From Candidatus Dormiibacterota bacterium (GTDB lineage: Bacteria > Chloroflexota > Dormibacteria > Aeolococcales > Aeolococcaceae): DNA of 64,000 bases. Shown here piece after piece: positions 1 through 9,634 of the stretch. Position numbers and translations under genes: made by a program. A model generated the notes under the pieces. The model did not search any database. It saw only the letters and a list, made by a program, of their open reading frames with translations, and was not told where the DNA came from. The stretch is from the NCBI GenBank assembly GCA_963756075.1, contig CAVWMH010000007.1, positions 197,571 through 261,570 of the forward strand, read 5' to 3'. Numbering within the stretch: position 1 is the stretch's first letter; every line of letters starts with the position of its first letter.

Positions 1-856
1 GCGCGGTCTCCGGGTGGATCGGCCCCACCCCGCGCAACTCGGCCGGCGCTGCATCCGAACCAGTGCGCAGCGTGTCCGCGTGCACCGTCACCGTGAGATG
101 GGGCCGCTGCCCGTGCACGTCGCGGTGCTCACCGCAGCGCAGCTGGGTGGCGGCCAGGTCGACGAGCGCGTCGGCCCGGCGCTGCGACCCCGACCGGGTC
201 TCGCCACGGCGCATCCCGTGACTGAGCGCATCGATCGCGGTCTTGAGCAGCGCGCCGCCCTCGGCATCGAGCTCGCCACGCAGCACGAACACCCCGCCAT
301 AGGTCTGGTCGCACTCGAACCAGCGGCGCTCGTGGGCGTGGTTGTCGTCGGCGAGCACGCCGTCGGGATCGAGCCGCAGCCGGGTGGCCTGGGTGAGGGT
401 GCGCATGGCACCGGGCTCGAGCGTCTCCGCGGCGCCCACCAGGATGAACTCGTACGGGGCCAGCTGCTCCACCCCGACGTCCTCGGCGAGGTGGGCGATC
501 ATGGTCACGTTGCTGAAGGAGGCGCGCCCGGCCCGGGCGCTGTCGAGCGTCGCCGGCAGCTGACCCAGGGTCCGGGCCAGGTGGACCCGGTACGCGGCTG
601 CCTTCACGGTCATGCCGCAGCAGGCTCGCACCCAGGACACCGTGCTCACCCCGCCGGCCGCCACCGCTCCATGAGCGCGATCGAAGCGGTGCAGGCGCCG
701 GAGGAACTCGGCTTCGAGGCGATCGATCGCCCGCCGGATGTCGACCAGATCCTCGCCGAGCGCGTGCGTCGAGAACTCATCGATCGACTCGCCAACCAGT
801 CCATCGACGGCGTCCTCGAGACGGTCTCGCGCAGCCGGGATCGCGAACGCTTCCAT
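1..856 (-). CDS. DUF222 domain protein / HNH endonuclease family (13E12-repeat type); 3' end lies outside the window
   Basis: Minus-strand translation from ATG 854-856 reads MEAFAIPAARDRLEDAVDGL...DLVDIRRAIDRLEAEFLRRLHRFDRAHGA...GGVSTVSWVRACCGMTVKAAAYRVHLARTL...TYGGVFVLRGELDAEGGALLKTAIDAL, a classic DUF222 N-terminal region. The ORF-track + strand ORF 14..1000 is the antisense of this gene. Confidence 0.75.
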   Translation of the reverse strand, partial: MEAFAIPAARDRLEDAVDGLVGESIDEFSTHALGEDLVDIRRAIDRLEAEFLRRLHRFDRAHGAVAAGGVSTVSWVRACCGMTVKAAAYRVHLARTLGQLPATLDSARAGRASFSNVTMIAHLAEDVGVEQLAPYEFILVGAAETLEPGAMRTLTQATRLRLDPDGVLADDNHAHERRWFECDQTYGGVFVLRGELDAEGGALLKTAIDALSHGMRRGETRSGSQRRADALVDLAATQLRCGEHRDVHGQRPHLTVTVHADTLRTGSDAAPAELRGVGPIHPETA

Positions 857-1081
857 CGACAGATTATACCAAACACCTGTTCGCTCATGCCACGGACAAT
901 GTGGTCCCCTGAGAAGGTTATAGACATTCATGGCAATAACACCGTGAGACGCACCCACCACGCACGAGCCGCGCGCAACCGCTGGTCGCCGAGGTCGTGA
1001 TGGTCGGCAACTTCAGGCAGCCGCGTCGATTACCTCTACCACCGGCCAAACGGCTGATCCCGAGCCCCGTGGCGTCCGGCC

Positions 1082-1164
1082 TGCCGGGAGAGGGAGTCGA
1101 ACCCTCACGAGGTTGCCCTCGGCGGTTTTTGAGACCGCTGCGTCTACCATTCCGCCACCCCGGC
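1082..1164 (-). tRNA. tRNA-Leu(CAA), type II with long variable arm
   Basis: The reverse complement folds as a cloverleaf. Acceptor GCCGGGG/TCCCGGC, D-arm TGGCGGAATGGTAGACGC, anticodon stem GCGGT/ACCGC with loop CTCAAAA (anticodon CAA), long variable arm, T-arm GAGGG-TTCGACT-CCCTC. CCA is not encoded. Confidence 0.85.
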
Positions 1165-1190
1165 CGGGTTGACAGCGTACCGGCTCCCGA

Positions 1191-1219
1191 CGGGAACCGG
1201 AACGCCTATCTGCGCGTAC
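1191..1219 (+). promoter_or_regulatory. Candidate ECF-type autoregulatory promoter (GGAAC-N16-CGTA) giving a near-leaderless sigma factor transcript
   Basis: GGGAAC at 1192-1197 is followed 16 nt later by CGTA, 10 nt upstream of the sigma factor ATG at 1230. The match to ECF SigE/SigH-type -35/-10 consensus is weak (3 of 4 in the -10). Confidence 0.3.
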
Positions 1220-1229
1220 CCTCAAATGC

Positions 1230-1805
1230 ATGGACGACGAGGCGCTCCTCGAGCGGGCACGCCGCGGCGACCGCGATGCCTTTGCAGCAATTGTCACTCG
1301 TCACCAGGATGAGCTCTACACGATGGCACTCAGGATTCTCGGGACGCCGGCCGATGCCGCGGACGTCGTTCAGGAAACCTTTCTTCGCGCCTACGTCAGG
1401 ATCCCGGTGCTTCGCGGGCAGACCATCCGGGCATGGCTGTTCCGCGTCGCCATCAACTGCAGCCATGACGTCCAGCGCCGGAGCATCCGCCGTCCCGCCG
1501 ATCCGCTCGAGGACGCCGAAGGCAACATCGTCGAGCTTCCCGATCCCGGCATGGGGCCGGAGGCGAGCGCCCTCGCTCGTGAGCGCATCACCGCCGTTCG
1601 CGAGGCCCTGCTCACGCTCCATCCCGACTTCCGCGCCGTGGTGGTCCTCAGAGACGTCAACGAGCTGAGCTACGAAGAGATGTCCGAGGCGCTCCGCGTC
1701 CCCATCGGCACCGTCAAGTCGCGGCTGAACCGGGCTCGATCCATGCTCGCCAAGGCTCTGCGCGGGACCGCCGCCGCCCCGGGCTTCGCCGAGGAGCACG
1801 CATGA
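1230..1805 (+). CDS. ECF-subfamily RNA polymerase sigma-70 factor
   Basis: 191 aa. Region 2 (ETFLRAYVRI) and region 4 (ELSYEEMSEALRVPIGTVKSRLNRAR) motifs are present. Its stop overlaps the start of the downstream anti-sigma gene (ATGA). Confidence 0.9.
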   Translation: MDDEALLERARRGDRDAFAAIVTRHQDELYTMALRILGTPADAADVVQETFLRAYVRIPVLRGQTIRAWLFRVAINCSHDVQRRSIRRPADPLEDAEGNIVELPDPGMGPEASALARERITAVREALLTLHPDFRAVVVLRDVNELSYEEMSEALRVPIGTVKSRLNRARSMLAKALRGTAAAPGFAEEHA

Positions 1806-2741
1806 CGCCGCGCCGCCACCTCGACGACCTGTTCACCGCGGCCTACGACGACGAGCTGTCGCCGATCGACGAGGCACGCTTCCAGACCCACATGCAGTCG
1901 TGCGCTCCGTGCGCCGAGGCATATGCGGAGTTCCGCGCGACCATTGCAGCCCTCCATGAGCTGCCGCCGGCACGAATGCCGCACGTCGTCCACCTCCCAT
2001 CGACACCCCCGGTCGCGGAGCGCTCGGTTCGTCCGCGTATCGGGCTGGGGTGGTTCAACCTCGGCATCGTCCGCCGATTCCCGGCAACTGCGATCGCCGG
2101 CGCGGCCGCGGTCGTGATCCTCATCGCCGCCCTCGCGCATGGCACGGGCGGAACGCCCACCAACAGCCCCCAGTCCCTGGCCCACCCAAACGCCGCCGGA
2201 GGCGCGGCGTCCGGGTGCGATCCCCGAGACGGCGTGCACGCAGATCGTCGGCATCACGGGTGCGTCGCCGCCCGTGAGCTTCACCCACCAGGATCTCGCG
2301 ACCGACGCGGCCCAGCCCGCGCTGCACCTCGTGCTCGCCGCACCGTCGCTGGTGGTCAGCGCGGGGAAACCGGCATATGTGTACGCACAACTGTCGCTTC
2401 CGTTGGCATCCCTTTCCAACCCCGGAACCCAAGCCACGACGCCACCGGCCCGTGCGGTGCTGCCCTGCGTGTCCATCGCCGTAGGGAGCCCGCAGAACCA
2501 GCTCGCCCCGATCCCAGCCAACGGCGGAGCTTATGGGAATCCGGCTTCACTGGGACACGGATTCGTCACGGCAGCCCCCGCCTACCAGGACAACGGAGCA
2601 GCCGGACCGTTCCTCGCCTTCAACGTCCCGTCCGGACTCGCCGCGGGAACAGAGATTCATGTCACCGCGACGATTCCCGCCGGCTACACCGGCCCGGGGA
2701 GCCCGGCGCTCACAGCGGAGTTGACCCTCACGACCGGCTGA
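1802..2741 (+). CDS. Membrane-anchored zinc-binding anti-sigma factor (ZAS, HxxxCxxC) with extracytoplasmic domain; apparent frameshift near 2205-2228
   Basis: The N-terminus MTPRRHLDDLFTAAYDDELSPIDEARFQTHMQSCAPCAEAY is a ZAS motif and is followed by a TM segment (ATAIAGAAAVVILIAALA). The frame starting at 1802 degenerates into R-rich nonsense after ~2215. Protein-like sequence continues in the frame of ORF 2139..2741 (PETACTQIVGITGASPPVSF...TAELTLTTG). Confidence 0.6.
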
Positions 2742-2792
2742 CCTGGCGGTCGCAGGATCCGTCGCGCGCCTCCTTGACTAGACTGGGAGGCA

Positions 2793-4361
2793 ATGCACCG
2801 CCGCCTGGCGTGCCTGGCTGTGGCGCTGCTGGTCTCCGGCTGCAGCTTCAGCGGGTTCGGCTCACCCCCCAACTACAACTACGTTGTGATCACCGCGGGT
2901 GGCGTGGGCCTCCGATCCGGCTCCTCCGACGTGCCGCCCAACCTCGATCTGCGGCTTCATGCCACAGGTGCGCCCCTCCAGGCCTCCGACGTCACGGCGA
3001 CGCTCGACGGGAACCAGCTCACCTTCTCCAGCCAGAAGCAGGACCTGCTCGCGACGGTCAAGCCTTTGCCGCTTTCGTCGTCGCACCACCTTTCGGTCGC
3101 GGTCTCGGGGCTCAGCACCCAGAACTTCGCCTTCACCGTGATCTCGCCGACCGCCGCGATGGTCGCGGCTCACATCGACCCCGCGAGCGGTCTCGTGGTG
3201 GATGCAGTCTTTGACGACGCCCCCGACCAGGCCGCCGTGGCCGCCGCGCTCCCCGGGGCCACCGTGGCCTGGAGCGACGGGACCCACGCGCGGGTGACCT
3301 GGCGCGGCAAGCCGCCCGCATCGATCACGCTCCCCGCGACGATCCCGACTGCCGGCGATGCGCACCTTGATCCTGGAATCACCCTCTCGCTGGTCGGCAT
3401 CGTGCGTCACACCGTGCGCCGGGTGACGGTGCCGGCCGCGCCCAAGGTCACGGGCATCCCGGTTGACGCGTTTGTGATCAACACGGGCACATCCAACACC
3501 TCGCTGGCCTTCCACCTGGGTGCGGTTGCCCAGGTCACCCCGACCGGCTGGCAGGCCCAGGCGGACGGCTCGCTCCTCGGGACGCCCGATCAGTCGGCGG
3601 CGGGCCGCGCCGGAGCGGCGAACCTGCCGATCTGGCCGTCACTCGCCAATGACTCCACGGATCCCACCGCGGCGGATCAGCTGCTCAACAACCCCCACGC
3701 CACGAACGTGCTCGTCAACGAGATGGTGGCCGCGATCCGCTACGACGGGTATCGCGGCATCAACCTGGACTTCGAGGGGATGCTCGAGTCCGACAAGGCA
3801 CCGTTCACCGCCTTCGTCCAGCAGCTGGCGACCGCGTTGCACTCGCACGGCGCCAAGCTCATCGTCGACGTGGTCCCGCACGACTTCGCCGGGGTCAACA
3901 TGTACTCGGCCGCCTACGACATCGCGGCGATCGGCAAGGCGGCCGACTACGTGGACCTCATGGCCTACGACGAGCACGGCAACGGCGGCACCCCCGGACC
4001 GGTCGCCGGGCTGGACTGGGACAACTCGGTCCTGCAAGCGACCCTTCCCGACCTGACCCCGACGCATGTCCTCCTCGGCGTTCCACTCTATGGGCGCGCG
4101 TGGGGAAGCCTGGGCGGCGCGGCGGCGTATTCGAATGTGCTTTACAACGCGCTTTCGGTGCCCGGCGCCCGCGTCGACTACGACTTCAGCGCGCAGACCC
4201 CATACATCCTCTCCCCCGACGGCTCCCTTACCACGTACTTCGACGACGCCGACAGCCTCGCGCGGAAGGTCGCGCTGGTGCACACGTATGGTCTTGGCGG
4301 GATCGCCGCCTGGCGCCTGGGCTTCGAGGATCCGGAGTTCTGGTCGCTGTTCCGGGCCTGA
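2793..4361 (+). CDS. Lipoprotein with C-terminal glycoside hydrolase family 18 (chitinase-like / wall hydrolase-like) domain
   Basis: Lipobox LLVSGCS. The GH18 catalytic block YRGINLDFEGM is a variant of DGxDxDWE that retains D-x-E. DLMAYDEHG and LGVPLYGRAW motifs are present. Confidence 0.8.
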   Translation: MHRRLACLAVALLVSGCSFSGFGSPPNYNYVVITAGGVGLRSGSSDVPPNLDLRLHATGAPLQASDVTATLDGNQLTFSSQKQDLLATVKPLPLSSSHHLSVAVSGLSTQNFAFTVISPTAAMVAAHIDPASGLVVDAVFDDAPDQAAVAAALPGATVAWSDGTHARVTWRGKPPASITLPATIPTAGDAHLDPGITLSLVGIVRHTVRRVTVPAAPKVTGIPVDAFVINTGTSNTSLAFHLGAVAQVTPTGWQAQADGSLLGTPDQSAAGRAGAANLPIWPSLANDSTDPTAADQLLNNPHATNVLVNEMVAAIRYDGYRGINLDFEGMLESDKAPFTAFVQQLATALHSHGAKLIVDVVPHDFAGVNMYSAAYDIAAIGKAADYVDLMAYDEHGNGGTPGPVAGLDWDNSVLQATLPDLTPTHVLLGVPLYGRAWGSLGGAAAYSNVLYNALSVPGARVDYDFSAQTPYILSPDGSLTTYFDDADSLARKVALVHTYGLGGIAAWRLGFEDPEFWSLFRA

Positions 4362-4369
4362 GCCGGGTC

Positions 4370-4900
4370 CTAACTCTCGGAGGCGCCGGTCCCGAGGTCG
4401 GGGAGATTGAGCGTGTTCACCCAGTCGCGGATCTTGGCGAGGCGCTCCTCGCTCTCGGGGTCGGGATCGGTGAGCTCGCCATCCTTGTCCGCCTCGGGCA
4501 GGACGCCGGCCTTGTCGAGCACCTCGTCGGCGACAAAGATGCCGGCGCCGACCCGCACCGCGACCGCGATCGCATCCGAAGGTCGGGAATCGATCTCCAG
4601 ACGGCGCCCATCCACCTGGGCGAGGATGCGTGCGTAGAAGACTTCGTTGCTGAGCGATGTCACAACAATCCGGTCGACGGTGACCTCCACCGCACTCAGG
4701 AGGTTGGCCAGCAGGTCGTGTGTGATCGGCCGCTCCGGGGTGATGCCGGTGATCTTCAGCGCGATCGCATTGGCCTCGTTGATGCCGATCCAGATGGGAA
4801 GGTAGCGATCAGCCGTCTTCTCCTTGAGGATGACCACATGCTGGCCGGTCGGCATGTGCACCCTGATGCTGTCGACGGTCATTTCCACCAGGTCGGCCAT
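4370..4900 (-). CDS. Bifunctional nuclease family protein (BFN/DUF151)
   Basis: Core DRYLPIWIGINEANAIALKITGITPERPITHDLL is present. The likely start is MADLVEM (M79 of the longer ORF 4370..5134). Confidence 0.75.
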   Translation of the reverse strand: MADLVEMTVDSIRVHMPTGQHVVILKEKTADRYLPIWIGINEANAIALKITGITPERPITHDLLANLLSAVEVTVDRIVVTSLSNEVFYARILAQVDGRRLEIDSRPSDAIAVAVRVGAGIFVADEVLDKAGVLPEADKDGELTDPDPESEERLAKIRDWVNTLNLPDLGTGASES

Positions 4901-4967
4901 ATCTCGATCATAACCCCGGACGCGCGCCACCGAGGACATCCATGCCCCGCGGCTACCATGGACCGCT

Positions 4968-7727
4968 GTGGCTCGTGAGACCTTGCTGCTCGTGGATGGG
5001 CACAACCTCGTGTACCGCGCCTTCCACGCGATGCCCGCATTGAGCAACAGCCGAGGCGAGATGACCAACGCCGCATACGGCTTCACCTCGATGCTCTTCA
5101 AGGCGCTCAACGACACGACGCCGACGTATGCCATCGCTGCATTCGACCCGCCGGGACCAACGTTTCGTCACGAGATATTCAAGGAGTACAAGGCGCAGCG
5201 GCTGCGCGCGCCGGACGAGCTGCGTGCGCAGTTTCCCTGGGCGCGCGAGGTCGTCGTGGCGCTCGGGATTCCCATTGTCGAGATTCCCACCTTCGAAGCC
5301 GACGACGTCATCGGCACGCTGGCACAAAAGGCGGAAGCGGCTGGACTCGACGTCATCATCGTGACCGGCGACCTCGACGTGCTGCAACTGGTCACCGAGC
5401 ACATCCGAGTCTTCGCGAGCCGGCGCGGCATCAGCGACACGATCATCTACGACCTCGACAAGGTTCGCGAGCGCTACGGCTTCGAGCCGCCGCTGGTGGT
5501 TGACTTCAAGGCGCTGCAAGGGGATCCGAGCGACAACATCCCCGGTGTTCCCGGAATCGGCGAGAAGACCGCCATGTCGCTGGTGCAGCAGTACGGGCCA
5601 CTCGAGAACGTGCTCGATGCGGTGCCGACGATGCCGGAGGGACGGGTGCGACGCGCGCTCGAAAGTCACATGGAGCAGGCGCGGCTGAGCAAATGGACGG
5701 CGACGATCAAGGTCGACGTGGATATCGACCTTCCGCTCGAGGACGCGCGTCTGTTCCAGTACGACGAGGGCGACGTGCGCGAGCTGTTCGATCGACTCGA
5801 GTTTCGAAGCCTGCTGCCGCGCCTGCCCGGACGCAGCGTGGACGCGGACGCGCCGCCACTGACGTCGAACGGTGAGACGGCGGACGCGCCGCAGCCGCCA
5901 CCAGGCGACCTGCAAGTGCCGGGCACCGAGGTGGAGATCGTTGTCGACGCGCACCAGGCCGCCGAAGCGGTGCAGCGGATTCGAGCCGCCGGTGCGATGG
6001 CGATGCGGACCGTGATCGACGGCACTCCGCGTACAGGCGATCTGATCGGCGTCGCATTCGCGCCGCAAGGGGAGGACACCGCGTACTACATGCCGGTGTG
6101 GCACGCCGGCCTGGAGCGCAACGCCGATGCCGCCGCGGTCGCTGCGCTGGAAGAGGTGCTCGTCGACGGCACCATTCCCAAACGCGGGTACGACCTGAAA
6201 CGCGAGCTGCTCGCCTGGCGCCGGCGCGGTATTGCCATACAGGGCCTGCACTTTGACGCACTGCTCGCCGCGTACCTGACCAACTCGCGGCTCAAGGTTC
6301 CGACGCTCCCCGTGCTCGCACATGACCTCGCGGCGCTGAGCGTCGAGGCCGAGGAGTCGCTGCTGGGGAGTGGTCGGTCGAAGCGCGGTATCGCCGATGT
6401 GCCGGTCGAGGAAGCAGCGTCGTACTACGGCGTCTGGGTCGGACTGCTCGATCCGGTCGGCGCTGTGCTGGTGCGCGACATGGAGCGGACCAATGCCACG
6501 CGACTCCACGACACCATGGAATTGCCGCTGGTGCCGATCCTCGCCGCGATGGAGGTCGAAGGCGTGGCGGTCGACTGCGACCTGCTCGGAGCGATCAGCG
6601 CCGAGATGCACGAGCGGATCACCGCTATCGAGAGCGAGGTCCAGGAGGTCGCCGGGTACACGTTCAATCCTGGGAGCACGCAGCAGCTGGGACGTTTTCT
6701 CTACGACGACCTCGGGCTCGCGAGCGGACGCAAGACCAAGACCGGGCGCAGCACCGATGCCGACACCCTCGAGGCGCTGCGTGGTGAGCACGCGGTGGTC
6801 GACCTCATCCTGGAGTGGCGGCAGCTCACCAAGTTGAAGAGCACCTACGTCGACGCCCTGCCGTTGCTGTGCACGGCGGATTCTCGCGTGCACACATCCT
6901 TCAACCAGGCGGTGGCGACGACCGGGAGACTGTCATCGTCGGACCCCAACCTGCAGAACATTCCGGTGCGCACCCAGTGGGGACAGCGAATCCGGCGCGC
7001 CTTCCACGCCGACACCGGGCAGCGCCTTGTCAGCGCCGACTACTCGCAGGTCGAGCTTCGCGTGCTCGCCCACGTGACCGGCGAGAAGGAGCTGATCGAG
7101 GCATTCCAGCGCGGCGAGGACATCCACCGGCGCACCGCGGCCGAGGTGTACGCGGTCGAGCCCGACGCGGTGACGCCGGACATGCGGCGCATCGCCAAGG
7201 TGGTCAACTTCGGTGTGGTGTACGGCCTGAGCGACTTCGGGCTCGCCCGCGACACGGGCATGAGCCGCGAGGACGCGCACGCCTTCATCGACGCGTATTT
7301 CCGCAATTTCCCGGCGGTGACCGCCTACCTCGAGGGCGTGCGCAACCATGCTCGTGAGTACGGCTGGGTGGAGACGTTCATCGGCCGGCGCCGCTACATC
7401 GCCGACATCCGCGCCGCCAACCGGCAACTCCGTTTCGCGGCCGAGCGCATGGCAGTGAACATGCCGATCCAGGGCGGCGCCGCCGACATCATGAAGCAGG
7501 CCATGATCCTGGTCGACGGGGCGCTTCGCGAGCGGGGCCTGCGAAGCCGGATCCTGCTCCAGGTGCACGACGAGCTCCTGCTCGAAGCGCCGGCGGAGGA
7601 GGTGGACGACCTGGTCGTGCTCCTCCGGGAGCGCATGGGCGCGGCCGAGGCACTCAAGGTTCCCCTCGATGTTGACGTCAAGGTCGGCGACAACTGGGGG
7701 GACATGACGCCCATCGCGAGGAACTGA
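4968..7727 (+). CDS. polA: DNA polymerase I
   Basis: 919 aa. 5'-3' exonuclease N-terminus (LLLVDGHNLVYRAFHA), polymerase motifs (RRAAKVVNFGVVYG, LLQVHDELLLE). Confidence 0.95.
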   Translation: MARETLLLVDGHNLVYRAFHAMPALSNSRGEMTNAAYGFTSMLFKALNDTTPTYAIAAFDPPGPTFRHEIFKEYKAQRLRAPDELRAQFPWAREVVVALGIPIVEIPTFEADDVIGTLAQKAEAAGLDVIIVTGDLDVLQLVTEHIRVFASRRGISDTIIYDLDKVRERYGFEPPLVVDFKALQGDPSDNIPGVPGIGEKTAMSLVQQYGPLENVLDAVPTMPEGRVRRALESHMEQARLSKWTATIKVDVDIDLPLEDARLFQYDEGDVRELFDRLEFRSLLPRLPGRSVDADAPPLTSNGETADAPQPPPGDLQVPGTEVEIVVDAHQAAEAVQRIRAAGAMAMRTVIDGTPRTGDLIGVAFAPQGEDTAYYMPVWHAGLERNADAAAVAALEEVLVDGTIPKRGYDLKRELLAWRRRGIAIQGLHFDALLAAYLTNSRLKVPTLPVLAHDLAALSVEAEESLLGSGRSKRGIADVPVEEAASYYGVWVGLLDPVGAVLVRDMERTNATRLHDTMELPLVPILAAMEVEGVAVDCDLLGAISAEMHERITAIESEVQEVAGYTFNPGSTQQLGRFLYDDLGLASGRKTKTGRSTDADTLEALRGEHAVVDLILEWRQLTKLKSTYVDALPLLCTADSRVHTSFNQAVATTGRLSSSDPNLQNIPVRTQWGQRIRRAFHADTGQRLVSADYSQVELRVLAHVTGEKELIEAFQRGEDIHRRTAAEVYAVEPDAVTPDMRRIAKVVNFGVVYGLSDFGLARDTGMSREDAHAFIDAYFRNFPAVTAYLEGVRNHAREYGWVETFIGRRRYIADIRAANRQLRFAAERMAVNMPIQGGAADIMKQAMILVDGALRERGLRSRILLQVHDELLLEAPAEEVDDLVVLLRERMGAAEALKVPLDVDVKVGDNWGDMTPIARN

Positions 7728-7729
7728 GG

Positions 7730-8554
7730 GTGCCGGAGCTTCCCGAGGTGGAAACCGTCGCCCGTGACCTTCGTGTCGCCGTGACTGGACGGCGCATCGA
7801 GCGGGTGACCGTCGACCGCCCCGATATCGTGCGTGTCCCCGACGGACGCATGCTCCCGGCCTTGCTCACGGGGCAGCGCTTCGAGAACGTCGATCGCCGC
7901 GGCAAGTACCTGCTGCTGGAGCTCGATTCCGGTGACGAGCTGATGGTCCACCTCGGCATGACCGGGCACCTGCTGGTCTGTGATGCGGAGGCTCCGGTGG
8001 CAAAGCACACCCACATCCGCGCCTCGCTCGACGACGGGAATGAGCTCCGTTTCGACGACGCGCGTCGCTTCGGCCGCGTGGCCTACGGTTCGCGCGACGA
8101 GCTCACGGCCGCTCGGGTGCTGCCCAAGCTCGGCGTCGAACCGCTATCTGACGCGTTCTCGCAGGAACGGCTCGATGCCGTGCTGCGCACGACGACGAGG
8201 ACCGTGAAAGCCGCCCTGCTCGATCAGAAAGGTGTGGCAGGTCTCGGCAACATCTACATCGACGAGGCGTGTTTCCTTGCGGGCGTCCGGCCCACCCGAC
8301 GCTGCCATCGCCTCACCCGCCGCGAACGAGCAGCCCTGCTCGATGCCATCCCGCGCGTGCTCAGCGCAGCCGTCGCCAATCGGGGCAGCAGCGTGGACGA
8401 CTATCGGGATGTCTGGAACGCGCGCGGGAGCAACCAGGAGCGCCTCCAGGTGTACGGGCGTGGCGGGCTGCCCTGTTTCGTGTGCGGCACGACGCTGCGC
8501 CGCACCGCCACCGCCGGTCGCACCACCGTGTACTGCCCGCACTGCCAGCGATGA
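7730..8554 (+). CDS. mutM: Formamidopyrimidine-DNA glycosylase
   Basis: N-terminal MPELPEVETV and C-terminal zinc finger [26 protein letters not shown]. Confidence 0.95.
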   Translation: MPELPEVETVARDLRVAVTGRRIERVTVDRPDIVRVPDGRMLPALLTGQRFENVDRRGKYLLLELDSGDELMVHLGMTGHLLVCDAEAPVAKHTHIRASLDDGNELRFDDARRFGRVAYGSRDELTAARVLPKLGVEPLSDAFSQERLDAVLRTTTRTVKAALLDQKGVAGLGNIYIDEACFLAGVRPTRRCHRLTRRERAALLDAIPRVLSAAVANRGSSVDDYRDVWNARGSNQERLQVYGRGGLPCFVCGTTLRRTATAGRTTVYCPHCQR

Positions 8555-9593
8555 CCCGGGTCACGATCGCCAGTTACGACGACGATCCGCCGCTCGGCGG
8601 CCAGGGCGTCGTCGTGCACGGCATGCGTGCCGCATTGGAGCGCCGTGGTGTTCGCGTGCACACCATCTCGGGTCGCGGCGAGCACGCGATTGCGTTCGCC
8701 CGCCGCACGGGACGCGCCCCGCTCGACTTCTCCCTGCAGCTCAACCGATATCCGCGCATCCTCTTGCGCGCCGCGCCCGATGTGATCCACGCGCACGGCG
8801 GTCCGGGTGGGGTGCTGCTCTGGAAGCACCTCGGCGCGCCGCTCGTGTACACCGCACACCACACCTACCGCCAGGCGCATGGTCGCGGCTCTGTGAAGCG
8901 GTTGCTCAACGGCGTCGAAGCTCGCTCCTATCGCAGCGCCGCCATGGTGCTCCCGGTCTCGCGTTCCACCGCGAACGCGCTCCTGGAGATGGGGATTCCG
9001 GCATCGCGCATCGAGGTGCTCTCCAACGGCGTAAATGCGGTCGATCTCCCCGGCGTGGAGCATGAGGACGGACGCGTACTCTTCGTCAGCCGTCTGGAGC
9101 GCGAGAAGGGTGTGCTCGATGCGATCTCACTGCTCCAGGCACTCACGGCAGGTGATTCTGGCGTGCGTGGCGTCATCGTCGGTGGAGGCAGTCTCGAGGC
9201 TGACGCGCGGCGTGCGGCGCGTGCGAGCGGAGGGCGTATCGAGTACCCGGGCGCCTCGACCGCGAGGCGCTGAATCGCGAGTACGCTCGGGCTGCGATCG
9301 TGGTGATGCCGTCGCGGTTCGAGGGGCTGGGCATGGTCGCACTGGAGGCGCAGGCGGCTGGAACGCCGGTGGTGGGCTTCGATGTCGACGGTCTGCGGGA
9401 CGCCGTGGGAAGCGGCGGCGTGCTCGTTCCCGCCGGCGATCTCTCCGCCCTGCGTGTCGCTGCCGCAGAACTCCTCAAAGATCGCGCGCGGCGCGCGGAG
9501 GCGGGCGCTCGAGGACGCGAGGTGGTGCTCGCCGAGCATTCCTGGGACGCGATCGCGAAACGGCTCGAGGAGATCTACGCCGCGGTGACGTGA
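8551..9593 (+). CDS. GT4-family glycosyltransferase (translationally coupled to mutM); apparent -1 frameshift at ~9252
   Basis: [22 protein letters not shown]...EYPG in the frame of 8551, then ...[49 protein letters not shown] in the frame of ORF 9300..9593. The two halves are contiguous GT4 sequence (E-x7-E motif region). One C appears to be missing in the run cccgggcgcctc. Confidence 0.7.
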
Positions 9594-9634
9594 GCCGAAT
9601 TCGGCGGGAGTTGCGCAGCGACTAGACTCGAGGA

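Noticed and set aside
14-1000. 328-aa + strand ORF at the left edge
   Set aside because: It is the antisense of the DUF222/HNH gene. The minus strand gives canonical DUF222 sequence, while the + strand product is Arg/Gly/His-rich with no motifs.
4953-6893. 646-aa minus-strand ORF
   Set aside because: It lies entirely inside polA on the opposite strand. The translation is Arg-rich and low-complexity, typical of antisense GC-rich DNA.
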